Part shown: piece after piece, positions 35,024 to 45,123 of the stretch | Numbering within the stretch: position 1 is the stretch's first letter | Layout of the letters: every line of letters begins with the position of its first letter | Assembly: GCA_963737265.1 (NCBI GenBank) | Contig: CAVTRY010000007.1 | Span: 416,001-480,000 of the forward strand | Source of the DNA: an uncultured delta proteobacterium | GTDB taxonomy: Bacteria; Myxococcota_A; Polyangia; Fen-1088 | Direction of reading: 5' to 3' | DNA length: 64,000 nt | Translations under genes and position numbers: made by a program | Notes under the pieces: generated by a model | Told to the model about the DNA's origin: nothing | Databases searched by the model: none | The model's input: only the letters and a program-made list of their open reading frames with translations

Positions 35024-35282
35024 TGGCTGCCCTTTCGACGCACGGCGAGCGGCCATCCCGTTCGCCTCTGGCCGGACGGCACCGCGCCGCCCGGTCCGGG
35101 ACACCATGCGGCAGCCAGAGGCAGCAGCGAAATCGGCCAGGGGGTCAGACAATCCGGCTGACCGGATGACATGTCGGGCGATCGGACGACATGCCGCCGC
35201 CGGCCGACACAGGGGCACTGCTGAGCGCTGCCCGGCCAGGTTCTGCGGCCGTGCGCTCTCCTGGCGCCTACAGTGGACCGGC

Positions 35283-35994
35283 ATGAACCTGACGTGGGCT
35301 GGAATCGGCTTCCTCGCCGGCCTGCTCGCCGGGGCCGCGTTCAGGGGCACGGTCTTCCAGCTGTCAGTGGTGAGCGGTGAGCCGGAACGGACTACGTGCT
35401 CGCGATGTGCTGTTCCGGTAGGCCGCTGGCCCGCACTCAGTGCGGGCACTGCGGATGCAGCCTCGGTACCCCGCTGATGCTGGAATTCGCCACCGCCGGG
35501 GTGCTGGCGCTGGTGCTCGGCCGGTTCGCCGGCCAGCCCGATGTGGTGCCGTTCGGCTTCGTCGGCGCGGTCGGCGTGGCGCTTGCCACGATCGACCTCG
35601 CAGTCCAGCGGCTTCCTGACGCACTCACCCTGCCCGTCTATCCCATCCTCATCGCCCTGCTGGCCTTGTCCGCCTTGGCAGCCAGGACAACGCCGCGCTG
35701 GTGCGGGCGCTTCTGGGCGGCCTGGTGCTCGCCGCTGGCTACCTGCTGCTGGCGTTGCTGCGACCCGGGGCAACTCGGCGGCGGCGACATCAAGCTCGCC
35801 GGCCTTGCCGGGCTTGCGCTGGGCTGGCTGGGGTGGCCCACACTGATCACCGGGGCATCACTCGGCTTTGTGCTCTGCGCGGTGGTCAGCCTAGCCCTGC
35901 TTGCCTCCGGCGGACCACGCTGCACAGTGCGATCTGCTTCGGCCCCTTCCTCTTCGGAGGCGCCATGCTCGCGCTGCTCATCAGTAGACAATAG
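35283..35994 (+). CDS. Prepilin peptidase (A24), divergent from flp (frameshifts)
   Basis: CxxC pairs, IDLAVQRLPDALTLP, LGGGDIKLA, ICFGPFL. Confidence 0.85.
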
Positions 35995-36467
35995 CGGGTG
36001 GCTCACGCTGGCAAGGGTCTTCTGGGTTAGTCGCGAGGTCATCCGCGCCGTGCAGCCTCGTTGCGTTAAGAGACCTCATCGCCGTCGGCTACTCCGCGCC
36101 GCAAGTCCGGTACGAGAATCTCAAATCCGCAGGTCGTTAGCACATTGCTATGCGTTTCGGAGCGGTTACAAGTCACGCCTTGATAACGATGAGGACGAGG
36201 TGGTCATGCACCGAATATAACTTGAGCACCAATGGTGCGACCGTTAGCTGCGTTGGGCTCCAGAGTGGCTCGGGAGCCAGGCTGTTAGATGTGTTATTGC
36301 GACCGGCTGCTGGATCCGGACAGGGGAGGCGATAAGGCTCAAAGTGTCTGATATTTACCGGCTTAGCTGCTTGCCATTGCCGGCACAGGCCCCGCAGTGG
36401 CTGGGTTCTGCATTTGTCGTTGATGGCGCCAGTTCGGCGCGTAAATCCTGGTCCCGGGGGGGGTGTG

Positions 36468-37174
36468 ATGCCAATTCGTCTCGCTATCATTGATCCCAAT
36501 ACGCTTACCCGCTATGGTCTGCGTGGGCTCGTCGTGCATTCCGATATTGAGATCGTGGCCGAATGCCGGTTGGCGGCTGACGCGCACGCATGCTTTCCGC
36601 CGTGCAGCCAGACGTGGTGGTGGTGGAGGCAACGCTGCCCGACGGCAATGGCCTGCAGTTGGTTCGCGAGCTCCGGGACCGCTACGCAGACCTCGGCATC
36701 GTAGTGCTCTCAAGCCAGCAAGAGGACGACATCCTGTTCCGGGCCCTTGAGACCGGGGCGTCGGCCTTCGTCCTGAAGACAGCACCGCTGGAAGAGATAC
36801 TTGCAGCGATCCGGCACGCCGCCGTCGCCGCCTCGTCCTTCGTGGCGTCGGGGCTGGCGGTGGCGCTCGCCCGCCTTCGCATCGTGCAGGACCAACTCAT
36901 GCTCAGCCCTCGGGAGAGGGAAGTGCTTGGGCTGCTGCACGACGGACTGTCCATTCCCGCGATCGCGCATGCAATGTACATCAGTCAGTCCACGGCGAAA
37001 ACCTACGTCGCACGGTTGTATCACAAGCTAGGCGCAGCGAACCGGGCGCAGGCACTGATGACCGCCATGCATTATGGCCTGATCCACTACAAGCAGGACC
37101 TGCCGTCCCCGGATGCTCCGCCGCGGTTCGGCGAGCAGCAACAGCGAACTAGTGCGCTAGCCTCGCACAGCTAG
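36468..37174 (+). CDS. NarL/LuxR-family response regulator with atypical receiver (frameshift near 36590)
   Basis: MPIRLAIIDPN..., PDVVVVEATLPDGNG, LSPREREVL, TAKTYVARLYHKLGAANRAQA. Confidence 0.88.
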
Positions 37175-37312
37175 GGTTTGGCCCGCTCCTTCCAGCATGT
37201 CCCGTGGCATGACGAGGCGGGCCAGCCCCGATCAGCCGCATCCAGTGATTCATGTACATCGAGCCTTGCCGGGGAAGGCTGGACTCTCCCGCCGCCCGGC
37301 CCCCCGACGGGC

Positions 37313-37750
37313 CTAGCCGAGTTCTTCGGCGTGCTCCCGGGTGTGCGCCGCCCACTCGCTGACGAGCTGGTCGAGCACGGGCGCCAGGTTGCGCAGCTCG
37401 TCCAGGTGCGCGGGCCCGAGGCGGGCCAGGCGTGCCGCACCGTCGCGGGTGAGCACCACCCGGGTCAGCCGGCCGTCCTCCGCGTCCCTGGACCTTTCGA
37501 CCACCCCGGCGGCGGCGGCGCGGTCGACGAGTTCCACCACGCTGTGGTGACGCAGCAGCAGGTACTCGGCAAGCTCCGAGATGGTCGGGTCCTGGTCTCC
37601 TGGATGGCCCTTGATCGCCACGAGAAGCTGATGCTGGGCGGGGGTGAGGCCCACCGCGCGCGCCTGTGTCTGGCTCCAGTGCAGGAAACGGCGCAGGCTG
37701 GTGCGGAACGTCAGCAGGTTCTGGAAGTCGCCAGCAGACATCTCGGGCAC
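37313..37750 (-). CDS. MarR-family regulator
   Basis: FRTSLRRFLHWS, GLTPAQHQLLVAIKG, ELAEYLLLRHHSVVELVDR, DGRLTRVVLT. Confidence 0.85.
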   Translation of the reverse strand: MPEMSAGDFQNLLTFRTSLRRFLHWSQTQARAVGLTPAQHQLLVAIKGHPGDQDPTISELAEYLLLRHHSVVELVDRAAAAGVVERSRDAEDGRLTRVVLTRDGAARLARLGPAHLDELRNLAPVLDQLVSEWAAHTREHAEELG

Positions 37751-38008
37751 CCCTTCACCGTAGCGCCAGGTAGACCCGACCCTCGCCCGCCCCGCTCTAT
37801 CCTTGCGCCACATGATCCGCACCTCGCCGCTGCCAAGACCCCGCACCCGGACCCGGCAATATATATCGTGCTACGATTTAGTTCGGTCGCCAACCGCCTG
37901 GCTTGCCCGCCGGGCCCGCCCACCTGGGTCGCCCGGCGGGTAAGCCGCGACCAGGGACGTCGATCACAGCCAGGCCGCCGTGCTGGCCGAGTGCCTGGGG
38001 AGGGCCCG

Positions 38009-38203
38009 ATGAGCGACGAGGATGGGGCTCGCGCCGCCGCGGAGTTGCGGCGGGCCGGCCTGCCATGGCGGCTGGACCCGGACGACCGCCCGGGCGACCC
38101 GGCCTGCCTGCTGCCAAGGGTCTGCCAGGCCTGCGGCGCCGTGGCCGAGTCCGACCCGCCGGCCACCTGCCCGCAATGCGGCGGTGACATCCCCGGCGCC
38201 TGA
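38009..38203 (+). CDS. Small zinc-ribbon protein (64 aa)
   Basis: GGGGAGGG RBS; GDPACLLPRVCQACG...CPQCG. Confidence 0.65.
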   Translation: MSDEDGARAAAELRRAGLPWRLDPDDRPGDPACLLPRVCQACGAVAESDPPATCPQCGGDIPGA

Positions 38204-38214
38204 GCCACCCGCGG

Positions 38215-39513
38215 TCAGCCGCGCCCGGCGAGCACCGCCTGGGTCTGGGTCACCTGCGCCACCCGCCGTCCCGCGTCGTCGGTCAGGTCCGTCTGCACCA
38301 CGATCACGCTCCGGCCCACGTGCAGCGGCCGGGTGACCGCGGTCACCTCGCCCGACCGGACCGAACGGGTGAACACCGTGGCCGAGTTTGTAGTCGCGGT
38401 CAGCGCGCCGGGCGGCAGGTTCAGGAAGGCGCAGATCCCGCCGAGACTGTCGGCGAGGGCCATCAGCACGCCACCATGCAGGATTCCCCCGGAAGTGCAG
38501 CGCTCCGCGGCCCAGGCCATCCGGCCCCTGACCTCACCCGGCGCGGCGGAGTCCAGGACGATGCCGAGGCCAGCCGCGAACGGCATCATCGCCACCAGGC
38601 CGTCAAGCTCGCCCGTCCCAGGCCCGGGCGGCGCCTGCCCGGTCCCGGGTTCCGCCCGGCCGGCCGCCGCCTGGTCAGGCACCTGTTCCCGGGTCCCATC
38701 CGCCTGGTGCTCGCGCACCTGCTCCTCCTGCCTGTCGCCCGCCTGCCCCGCCGCGTCCACGGATACCACCCCGGCGGCAGCCGCCGCCTCGGCTCGCGCT
38801 CCCGCGCCTGCCGGTGCACCTTCCGCTGCCGGGGCTCCCGGTGCCCCAGCCGCTCCGGCCCCGTCCGCCGCTCCCGGCCCGGCCCGCGCCACCTGCAGCA
38901 GCGCGACCACCTCCTCGTCCGAGGTCTGTGCGAAGTCTTCATACCATTCGCCGATCGCCAGGAACCGGTCCGGCATCTCCAGGCAGATCACCTCGTCGGC
39001 ATCGCCCCGCAGCGCCTGGTCGGCCGAGGGCGGCGCCACCGGGACCGCGAGCACCACCGCGGCCGCGCCGAGCGCCCGCGCCACCTGGCACGCGGCGCGG
39101 GCCGTCGAGCCGGTCGCGATGCCGTCGTCCACGATGACGGCGATCCGCCCGGCCAGGGGCTCATGCGGCGCATTCCCGCGGAACCGCTGCGCGCGCCGCT
39201 GCAACTCGGCCCGTTCCTTCGCCTCGACCTGGGCGATCTGCGCCTCGCTGACATGGGCGTAGCGCACCACCTCCGGGTTGATGACGCGCGCCCCCGATTC
39301 CCCGATCGCGCCCAGGCCGAGTTCGGGCTGGGCTGGCACGCCCAGCTTGCGCACCAGGATCACGTCCAGCGGCGCGCGCAGCGCGCGGGCCACCTCCGCC
39401 GCGACCGGCACCCCGCCCCGGGGCAGCCCGAGGACCACGACATCCTCGCTACGCAGGAACTGCAGGCGGCTGGCCAGCCTGCGGCCGGCGTCGGATCGGT
39501 CGCGAAACCGCAT
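38215..39513 (-). CDS. Phosphoribosyltransferase-like protein in frame with a PaaI hotdog thioesterase
   Basis: FRDRSDAG, GLPRGGVPVA, IVDDGIATGST; after an Ala/Gly linker MPFAAGLG, LHGGVLMALADS, QTQAVL. Confidence 0.8.
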   Translation of the reverse strand: MRFRDRSDAGRRLASRLQFLRSEDVVVLGLPRGGVPVAAEVARALRAPLDVILVRKLGVPAQPELGLGAIGESGARVINPEVVRYAHVSEAQIAQVEAKERAELQRRAQRFRGNAPHEPLAGRIAVIVDDGIATGSTARAACQVARALGAAAVVLAVPVAPPSADQALRGDADEVICLEMPDRFLAIGEWYEDFAQTSDEEVVALLQVARAGPGAADGAGAAGAPGAPAAEGAPAGAGARAEAAAAAGVVSVDAAGQAGDRQEEQVREHQADGTREQVPDQAAAGRAEPGTGQAPPGPGTGELDGLVAMMPFAAGLGIVLDSAAPGEVRGRMAWAAERCTSGGILHGGVLMALADSLGGICAFLNLPPGALTATTNSATVFTRSVRSGEVTAVTRPLHVGRSVIVVQTDLTDDAGRRVAQVTQTQAVLAGRG

Positions 39514-39746
39514 GGTGATCCCCTTCCGCCGGTCTGGAGAATGTGTACCCAGCCGGGGCCATCCATGCGATCAGCGAGCCACCCCGGACGTCCGCGCGGG
39601 ATCCCAAATGCTGTCGCCGTGCAACCACGGCACGAGCCCGCCCTGGCTGTCGCGCCCTGACCGGGCCATTAACGGGACGATAGAGCTGTTACCGGACCCA
39701 CGCTCCGGGCACGCAGACGCCGCCAGCGTGATCACGGCGGCGGCGG

Positions 39747-40655
39747 TCAGGTGAGCAGGGTGCGCAGGAACGCGCGGGTGCGGGCGCCGTCGGCGCCGGC
39801 GGTGTACTCACCGGCCACGAAGTCGGTCACGCCCGCCTCGGCGAGCGCGCCGATCTGGGCGGCCACGGTGTCCTCGTCCCCGACGATGGCCACGTCCGCC
39901 GGGCCCGAGGCACCCTCGCGGTCGAGCATGGCCCGGTACGACGGCAACTGGCCGTAGATGGCGAAGACCTGGGCGGCCCGCTCCCTGGCGGCGTCCGGGT
40001 CGTCGGTGACGCAGACGGGCAGGATGCACACCACGCGCGGGCTGGGGCGGCCGGCGGTTGCCGCGGCCTCGGTGATCACCGGCACGATGTGGTCGCGCAC
40101 GGTGGCGGGCCCGGTCATCCACAGCACGGTGCCGTCGGCCTGCGAGCCCGCCAGCCGCAGCATCTGGGCGCCGAGCGCGGCGATCACGACCGGGACCCGG
40201 CCGGGAGACGGGGTGGTCAGCCCGATGTTCGCCCGCACGGTGGTCCCGGTGAACGCGACCGGCTGCCCGTCAAGCAGCGGCAGCAGGACCGCGAGGTACT
40301 CCTTCATGTGCAGGATCGGCTTGCTGAAGTCGTAGCCGTACATGTCCTCGATCACGATCTTGTGGGACAGCCCGATGCCGAGCACCAGGCGGCCGTCCAC
40401 CGCCGCCGCGACGGTCCGCGCCTGCTGGGCCAGCACGGCCGGATGCCGCGGGTAGGTGGGCACCACGGCGGTGCCGACCTCGATGCCGGGTACACCGCTG
40501 CCCGCGACCGCCAGCGCGGTCAGCGCGTCCACCCCGAAGATGTTGCTCATCCAGGCGGAGGCGAAGCCCTGGTCGGCGGCGCGCTGCAACTCCTCGCGCA
40601 GCGCCGTCATCGGGCTCGGGCCGGACGGATCCTGCAGCGATACGCCAATCCTCAT
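39747..40655 (-). CDS. F420-dependent LLM-class oxidoreductase
   Basis: GTAVVPTYPRHP, LGIGLSHK, AALGAQMLRLAG, DGTVLWM, LPSYRAMLDREG; GGGAGG RBS. Confidence 0.9.
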   Translation of the reverse strand: MRIGVSLQDPSGPSPMTALREELQRAADQGFASAWMSNIFGVDALTALAVAGSGVPGIEVGTAVVPTYPRHPAVLAQQARTVAAAVDGRLVLGIGLSHKIVIEDMYGYDFSKPILHMKEYLAVLLPLLDGQPVAFTGTTVRANIGLTTPSPGRVPVVIAALGAQMLRLAGSQADGTVLWMTGPATVRDHIVPVITEAAATAGRPSPRVVCILPVCVTDDPDAARERAAQVFAIYGQLPSYRAMLDREGASGPADVAIVGDEDTVAAQIGALAEAGVTDFVAGEYTAGADGARTRAFLRTLLT

Positions 40656-41675
40656 GGTGTGCCTCCCGTGCCTGGGCCGCCTCGGCCATCCCGGTCTGCT
40701 TGCCCCATTCTGCTGGGCCGGGCGCCCGATTCGCCACGGCAGGACCGCCGCGCCCTCCACGGCTGCTGCCGCGCCTGCCTCGCGGGCATGCGCCACCGCC
40801 ACTTCGGCGGCCAGTGCCGCGTTGTCGGCGATCAGCAGCCGGTTGACTGCCACGCTGCGGCCCCCGCTCAGTTCATGGACGAGGGACAATACGGCGGGCG
40901 TCACAGACTGCCCGGCCACACCCTGACGGTGTACCTGGCTGACCGCCTCGGCGATGATCTCCTCCAGGTCCACGGCTGGGTCCGGCGGACGGGCGAGGAG
41001 CAACCCCGAGGAGCCGTTCAGCAGCCAATGAAGAGCCGCGATCCGGGCAGCTTCCCCGGCACTGGCGGCGACCGCGGACACCGGCGGGCCGCCGCCCGCG
41101 CTGTAGAACAGCGGCAGCGTGGGCGTCCGCCAGCCGAGCACGGGAACCCCCAGGGTCTCCAGCAGTTCCGCGGTGGCCGGAACGTCGAGGATCGACTTGG
41201 CGCCCGAGGACACCACCATCGCCGCGGTGCGCGCGAGTTGCGGCAGATCGCTGGAGATGTCCAGGCTCTGGGCGAAACCGCGGTGCACGCCCCCGGTGCC
41301 GCCGGTGCCCATGAACCGGATGCCGGTGGCCCGGCACACCGCCAGGGTCCCGCCGACCGTGGTCGCGCCGAGCGCGCCCTGCACCACGCACGCCGCCAGG
41401 TCACGGGCGCCCACCTTGCGGGCGGACTCCCCCGCTGACGCGAACCGCTCCAGTTCCGCCCCGGTCAGGCCGACGCGGACGGCACCGTCCACCACGCCGA
41501 CGGTGGCGGGGACCGCACCGGCCGCGCGCACCCGTGCCTCCGAAGCCAGGGCGACCTCCAGGCCCTGGCGGCCGGGAAAGCCGTGGGAGACCAGCGTGGT
41601 CTCCAGCGCCACCACGGGCCCGCCGTTCCCGAGCGCGGCGGCGACCTCCTCGGCCAGCACCGGCGTGAACGTCAT
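40656..41675 (-). CDS. psuG: Pseudouridine-5'-phosphate glycosidase (no stop before the LLM gene)
   Basis: VVALETTLVSHG, GATTVG, TGGTGGVHRG, DISSDL, SGAKSILD, VTP...L, N..L..DNA. Confidence 0.88.
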
Positions 41676-41736
41676 CGCGTGCCTCCCTGCCCCGTACGCC
41701 CCTGCGCGGTGGCTGGGCTGGCCGCAGCCGCGGCGG

Positions 41737-42546
41737 TCACGGCATGGCCCCCATCCTGGTGACGGCGCGGGCGGCCGCGTCCAGCCCGGGGCGGACCCCG
41801 CCGAGCAGGTACCCCGCCGCGAACGCGTCACCGGCGCCGGTCGCGTCCACGGCCTGCACCTGGTGTGCGGGGTGGGTGACCCCGCCGATCCGGACCCCGC
41901 GCGGTCCCAGCTTGACCACCATCTCGCTACCGGGCACCTCCCCCACCAGGTCCGCCTCTTCCTCCGTGCCGAACACGACCCGCGGCCGCAGCCCGGCCAG
42001 CAGTGCGCGGAAGCGGTCCACGCCATAGTCTCGCAGCGCCGCCGTGGAGGAGAGATCCACACTCGGCCGTGGCAGCCGCCGCGCCGCGGCCAGCGCTGCT
42101 CCCTGGACCGGTTCGCGCAGCAGGCTGTAGCCGGGCAGGTGCAGCCGGGTGCAGCCGTCGAACCAGGCGTCCCGCAGATGGCCGGCGGCCAGTTCGGTGC
42201 CCACGCCCCGGTCGGTCAGCATGGCGCGGGACCGGCCCCGGTCGGAGAGCGCGACGACCACCCCGGTCCGCCCCGGCAGGACCGGCCCGGCGAGCTGCAC
42301 TCCCCGGCTGGCGAGTTCCGCTGCCACCATGCGGCCCGCGGGGTCGGCCGCCCGCGCCGCGATCAGGCGGGCCCGGCCGCCCAGCGCGGTGATCCACGCG
42401 GCCACGTTCGCCGCCTGCCCGCCGGCGCCCACCGAGGTGGCGGCGGGGGTATCGGTCTCCGGCTCGACCGGCCCGGCCAGCGACACGATCACATCGAGGT
42501 GCGCGTCCCCCAAGACGCAGATCATGTGCGTGACCGCGGCATCCAT
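41737..42546 (-). CDS. PfkB-family kinase (probable pseudouridine kinase partner)
   Basis: GGQAANVA, VKLGPRG, DATGAGDAFAAG; upstream of psuG. Confidence 0.85.
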   Translation of the reverse strand: MDAAVTHMICVLGDAHLDVIVSLAGPVEPETDTPAATSVGAGGQAANVAAWITALGGRARLIAARAADPAGRMVAAELASRGVQLAGPVLPGRTGVVVALSDRGRSRAMLTDRGVGTELAAGHLRDAWFDGCTRLHLPGYSLLREPVQGAALAAARRLPRPSVDLSSTAALRDYGVDRFRALLAGLRPRVVFGTEEEADLVGEVPGSEMVVKLGPRGVRIGGVTHPAHQVQAVDATGAGDAFAAGYLLGGVRPGLDAAARAVTRMGAMP

Positions 42547-42740
42547 GCCCCCCTGCGCGAGTTACCTGTACATGCGGGCCGTAGCCCGGCGAGCCGTGAT
42601 GGTCGCCGGTCACGCCCGGGCCGCCGTCCTGTCCGGCACTGGTGCTCCACCAGCGTGCCAGGACCTGATCCGGGTTCGCCGGGCGGCCCTCGCTCCGGCC
42701 GGCGCGGCCGGCCGGAGTGATTGATCTAGGATCGGCGCTG

Positions 42741-43193
42741 ATGCCGAGACTCCTGGTGGTTCACCACACACCCTCCCCAGCAATGCAGGAGATGCTGGAG
42801 GCAGTGGCCCGCGGGGCGCGCACCGACGAGATCGAGGGCGTTGAGGTGGTCCTCCGGCCGGCCCTGACCGCGGCGGCCGCCGACGTCCTGGCGGCCGACG
42901 GTTACCTGCTCGGCACTCCGGCCAACATCGGCTACATGTCCGGGGCACTCAAGCACTTCTTCGACTGCATCTACTACCCGTGCCTGGAGGCCACCCAGCG
43001 GCGGCCCTACGGCCTGTATGTGCATGGCGCCTCAGATACCACCGGCGCGGTGCGCGCGGTCCAGGCGATCACCACCGGGCTGCGCTGGCGTGCGGTCCGG
43101 CCACCGGTATGCGTCACCGGGACCCCGGGCAAGGAAGACGTGAACGCCTGCTGGGAGCTGGGTGCGCTGCTGGCAGCCGAGGTGGCCGGGTGA
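42741..43193 (+). CDS. Flavodoxin/WrbA-like protein
   Basis: LLVVHHTPSP, GTPANIGYMSGALKHFFD, CWELG. Confidence 0.85.
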   Translation: MPRLLVVHHTPSPAMQEMLEAVARGARTDEIEGVEVVLRPALTAAAADVLAADGYLLGTPANIGYMSGALKHFFDCIYYPCLEATQRRPYGLYVHGASDTTGAVRAVQAITTGLRWRAVRPPVCVTGTPGKEDVNACWELGALLAAEVAG

Positions 43194-43215
43194 CCGGGCT
43201 CAGCCGAATGGGTAG

Positions 43216-44793
43216 TTAGGGCGGGCTGCCGGAGTTGGGGTTCGAGGCAGGCAGGCCGGAGCAGATGCTGGACCCGGCGTTCCGGTTTTGCACGAACGTG
43301 GGACTGCCGTAGCCGCCACCGCCGCTGGCGGAACTTCCGGCGCGCCTGGCCGCGCCGTGCTTGCCAGGGCCGGGCTTGCCGGTCCGCGGCGCGGGCGGCG
43401 GTTTCACGCCGGCGAAGTCGGACCCGAGGACCAGGGTGACCGGGCCGGCCGTGCCGGTCCGCGGGGCCGGCCCGGTGAGCAGGTCCTGCGCCGCGGGGCT
43501 GGCCTTGAGCGACGTCAGCAGGGAGTAGGCGCTGTCGGCCTGCGCGGTGCCCGAGTAGGTCACGGTCGTGGTGCTGGTCGGTACCGCGTTGCCCACGCCG
43601 GTCACGTCGTAGCCCAGCTTGCGCAGCCCGGCCGCGGTCCGCCCGGCGAGCCCGCCGGCCCCGGTACCGTTGAGCACCTTCACCTGCACCTTCCCGGCCG
43701 GCAGCGTGGGCAGGGCATGGTGCCATTGCTGGCCGTCCACGAGCATCTGGAAGATCACATCGGCCTGTGGCTGCTCGGGCAGCAGCCTGCCCGGCTCGGC
43801 CGGGTCCGGCACCGTCGGCATCGTGACCAGCGTGACGTGCCTGGCGCTCAGGTGAACGAGGCTCTTGGCCAGTCCCAGCAGCTTGCTGACCGAGTCGAGG
43901 CTCTGGTCCACGGTCAGTGCCTTGGTGGCGGTATCGGCGATCTTCAGTAGCTGCAGCGAGTTGCTCAGGACGCCCTGGCTGTTCACCTTCTGGATGACCG
44001 AGGAGATGAACGCCTGCTGCAGTTCGATCCGCGGCAGGTCACCGCCGGCGTCCCCCTCGGCCGAGACACCGTGCCTGGTGCGCACGTAGGCCAGCGCCTG
44101 GTTGTAGGTGAGCAGGTGCTTGCCGCCCGACAGGTGAAGCCCCGACCATCGGTCCCGGTAGCCGCTGGATGGCACGCAGACCTCGACCCCGCCAAGCGCG
44201 TCCACCATCGCGCGGAAGGAGTTGAAGTCGAACATCACGAAGTGATCGAGCTTGACGCCGGTGAGGTCACGCACCGTCTTGACCGCACACGACGGGCCGC
44301 CGATGTTCATGGCGCCGTCGATGATCGCGGCCTGGTACGGCCCCCAGATGCCCACGCCGATACCCGGCCTGGCCTTGCAGCCAGGTTCGTACACGATGGT
44401 GTCCCGCGGGATGGACACGATCAGGGCGTGCGTGTGCGTCGGGTCGAGATGGACAAGCACCAGGTTGTCGGAGTTGCTGGTGTTCAGGCTCGGGTTGCTG
44501 CCGAACCCCTTGCCCTGGCCCTTCCTGGTCTGCGACCCGAGCAGCAGGATGTTCTGCGTGCCGTAGACGGACCGGTGGGTCAGCCCGCTGACGCTGACGA
44601 CCTTGATGTTGCCGGTCAGGTGCCGGTAGACGACGTAGGCGCCGAGGCTGGCCACGACCACGATCACGGTCAGGAAGGCGCCGCAGCCGTAGGCGGCCTT
44701 CCGCGCGGCGCTGAGGTGCCGCCAGCGGCCGCCGTGCGGCTGGTCACCCGGATGGCCGTGCCGGCGGCGGCGGCCGGCCGACTGGTCACGCAT
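43216..44793 (-). CDS. LCP (LytR-CpsA-Psr) protein with LytR_C domain
   Basis: TM, NILLLGS, SD, SIPRD, YVRTRH, DLPRIELQQ, VKVLNGTG. Confidence 0.9.
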   Translation of the reverse strand: MRDQSAGRRRRHGHPGDQPHGGRWRHLSAARKAAYGCGAFLTVIVVVASLGAYVVYRHLTGNIKVVSVSGLTHRSVYGTQNILLLGSQTRKGQGKGFGSNPSLNTSNSDNLVLVHLDPTHTHALIVSIPRDTIVYEPGCKARPGIGVGIWGPYQAAIIDGAMNIGGPSCAVKTVRDLTGVKLDHFVMFDFNSFRAMVDALGGVEVCVPSSGYRDRWSGLHLSGGKHLLTYNQALAYVRTRHGVSAEGDAGGDLPRIELQQAFISSVIQKVNSQGVLSNSLQLLKIADTATKALTVDQSLDSVSKLLGLAKSLVHLSARHVTLVTMPTVPDPAEPGRLLPEQPQADVIFQMLVDGQQWHHALPTLPAGKVQVKVLNGTGAGGLAGRTAAGLRKLGYDVTGVGNAVPTSTTTVTYSGTAQADSAYSLLTSLKASPAAQDLLTGPAPRTGTAGPVTLVLGSDFAGVKPPPAPRTGKPGPGKHGAARRAGSSASGGGGYGSPTFVQNRNAGSSICSGLPASNPNSGSPP

Positions 44794-45123
44794 CTGCGCT
44801 CCCGTCAGGCCCGCCGCTTGTACTGGTCCGATGAGTCCTGGCGGGCATAGGACGGGCCTGGGCCACGGCACGGACACGGCCGGCAGCTTCGGCTTGCGCA
44901 GACGCTATCCGCAGCCGGGGTAACCGCTTCATGAACTTTGCCTGAGCAATGCCCACGGCAGACCGGCGCATCATTCCATGGTCATCATCGGGCGCCGCGG
45001 GCTGCGAAAATGCCAGGTCACGCCTGGAAGCGGGAACATGCCCGGGGCCGGCCTCCCGCGCCCGGCCGCCCTCGGACCGGGCCGGCACGGCCACGGGAAT
45101 GCCCACGGCCCTGGCACGGTTCC

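Noticed and set aside
26851-35994. Absence of secretin (RcpA) as an anomaly
   Set aside because: Expected for monoderm actinobacterial Tad systems.
36000-36467. ncRNA in the lower-GC region before the response regulator
   Set aside because: Only short palindromes; consistent with a promoter region.
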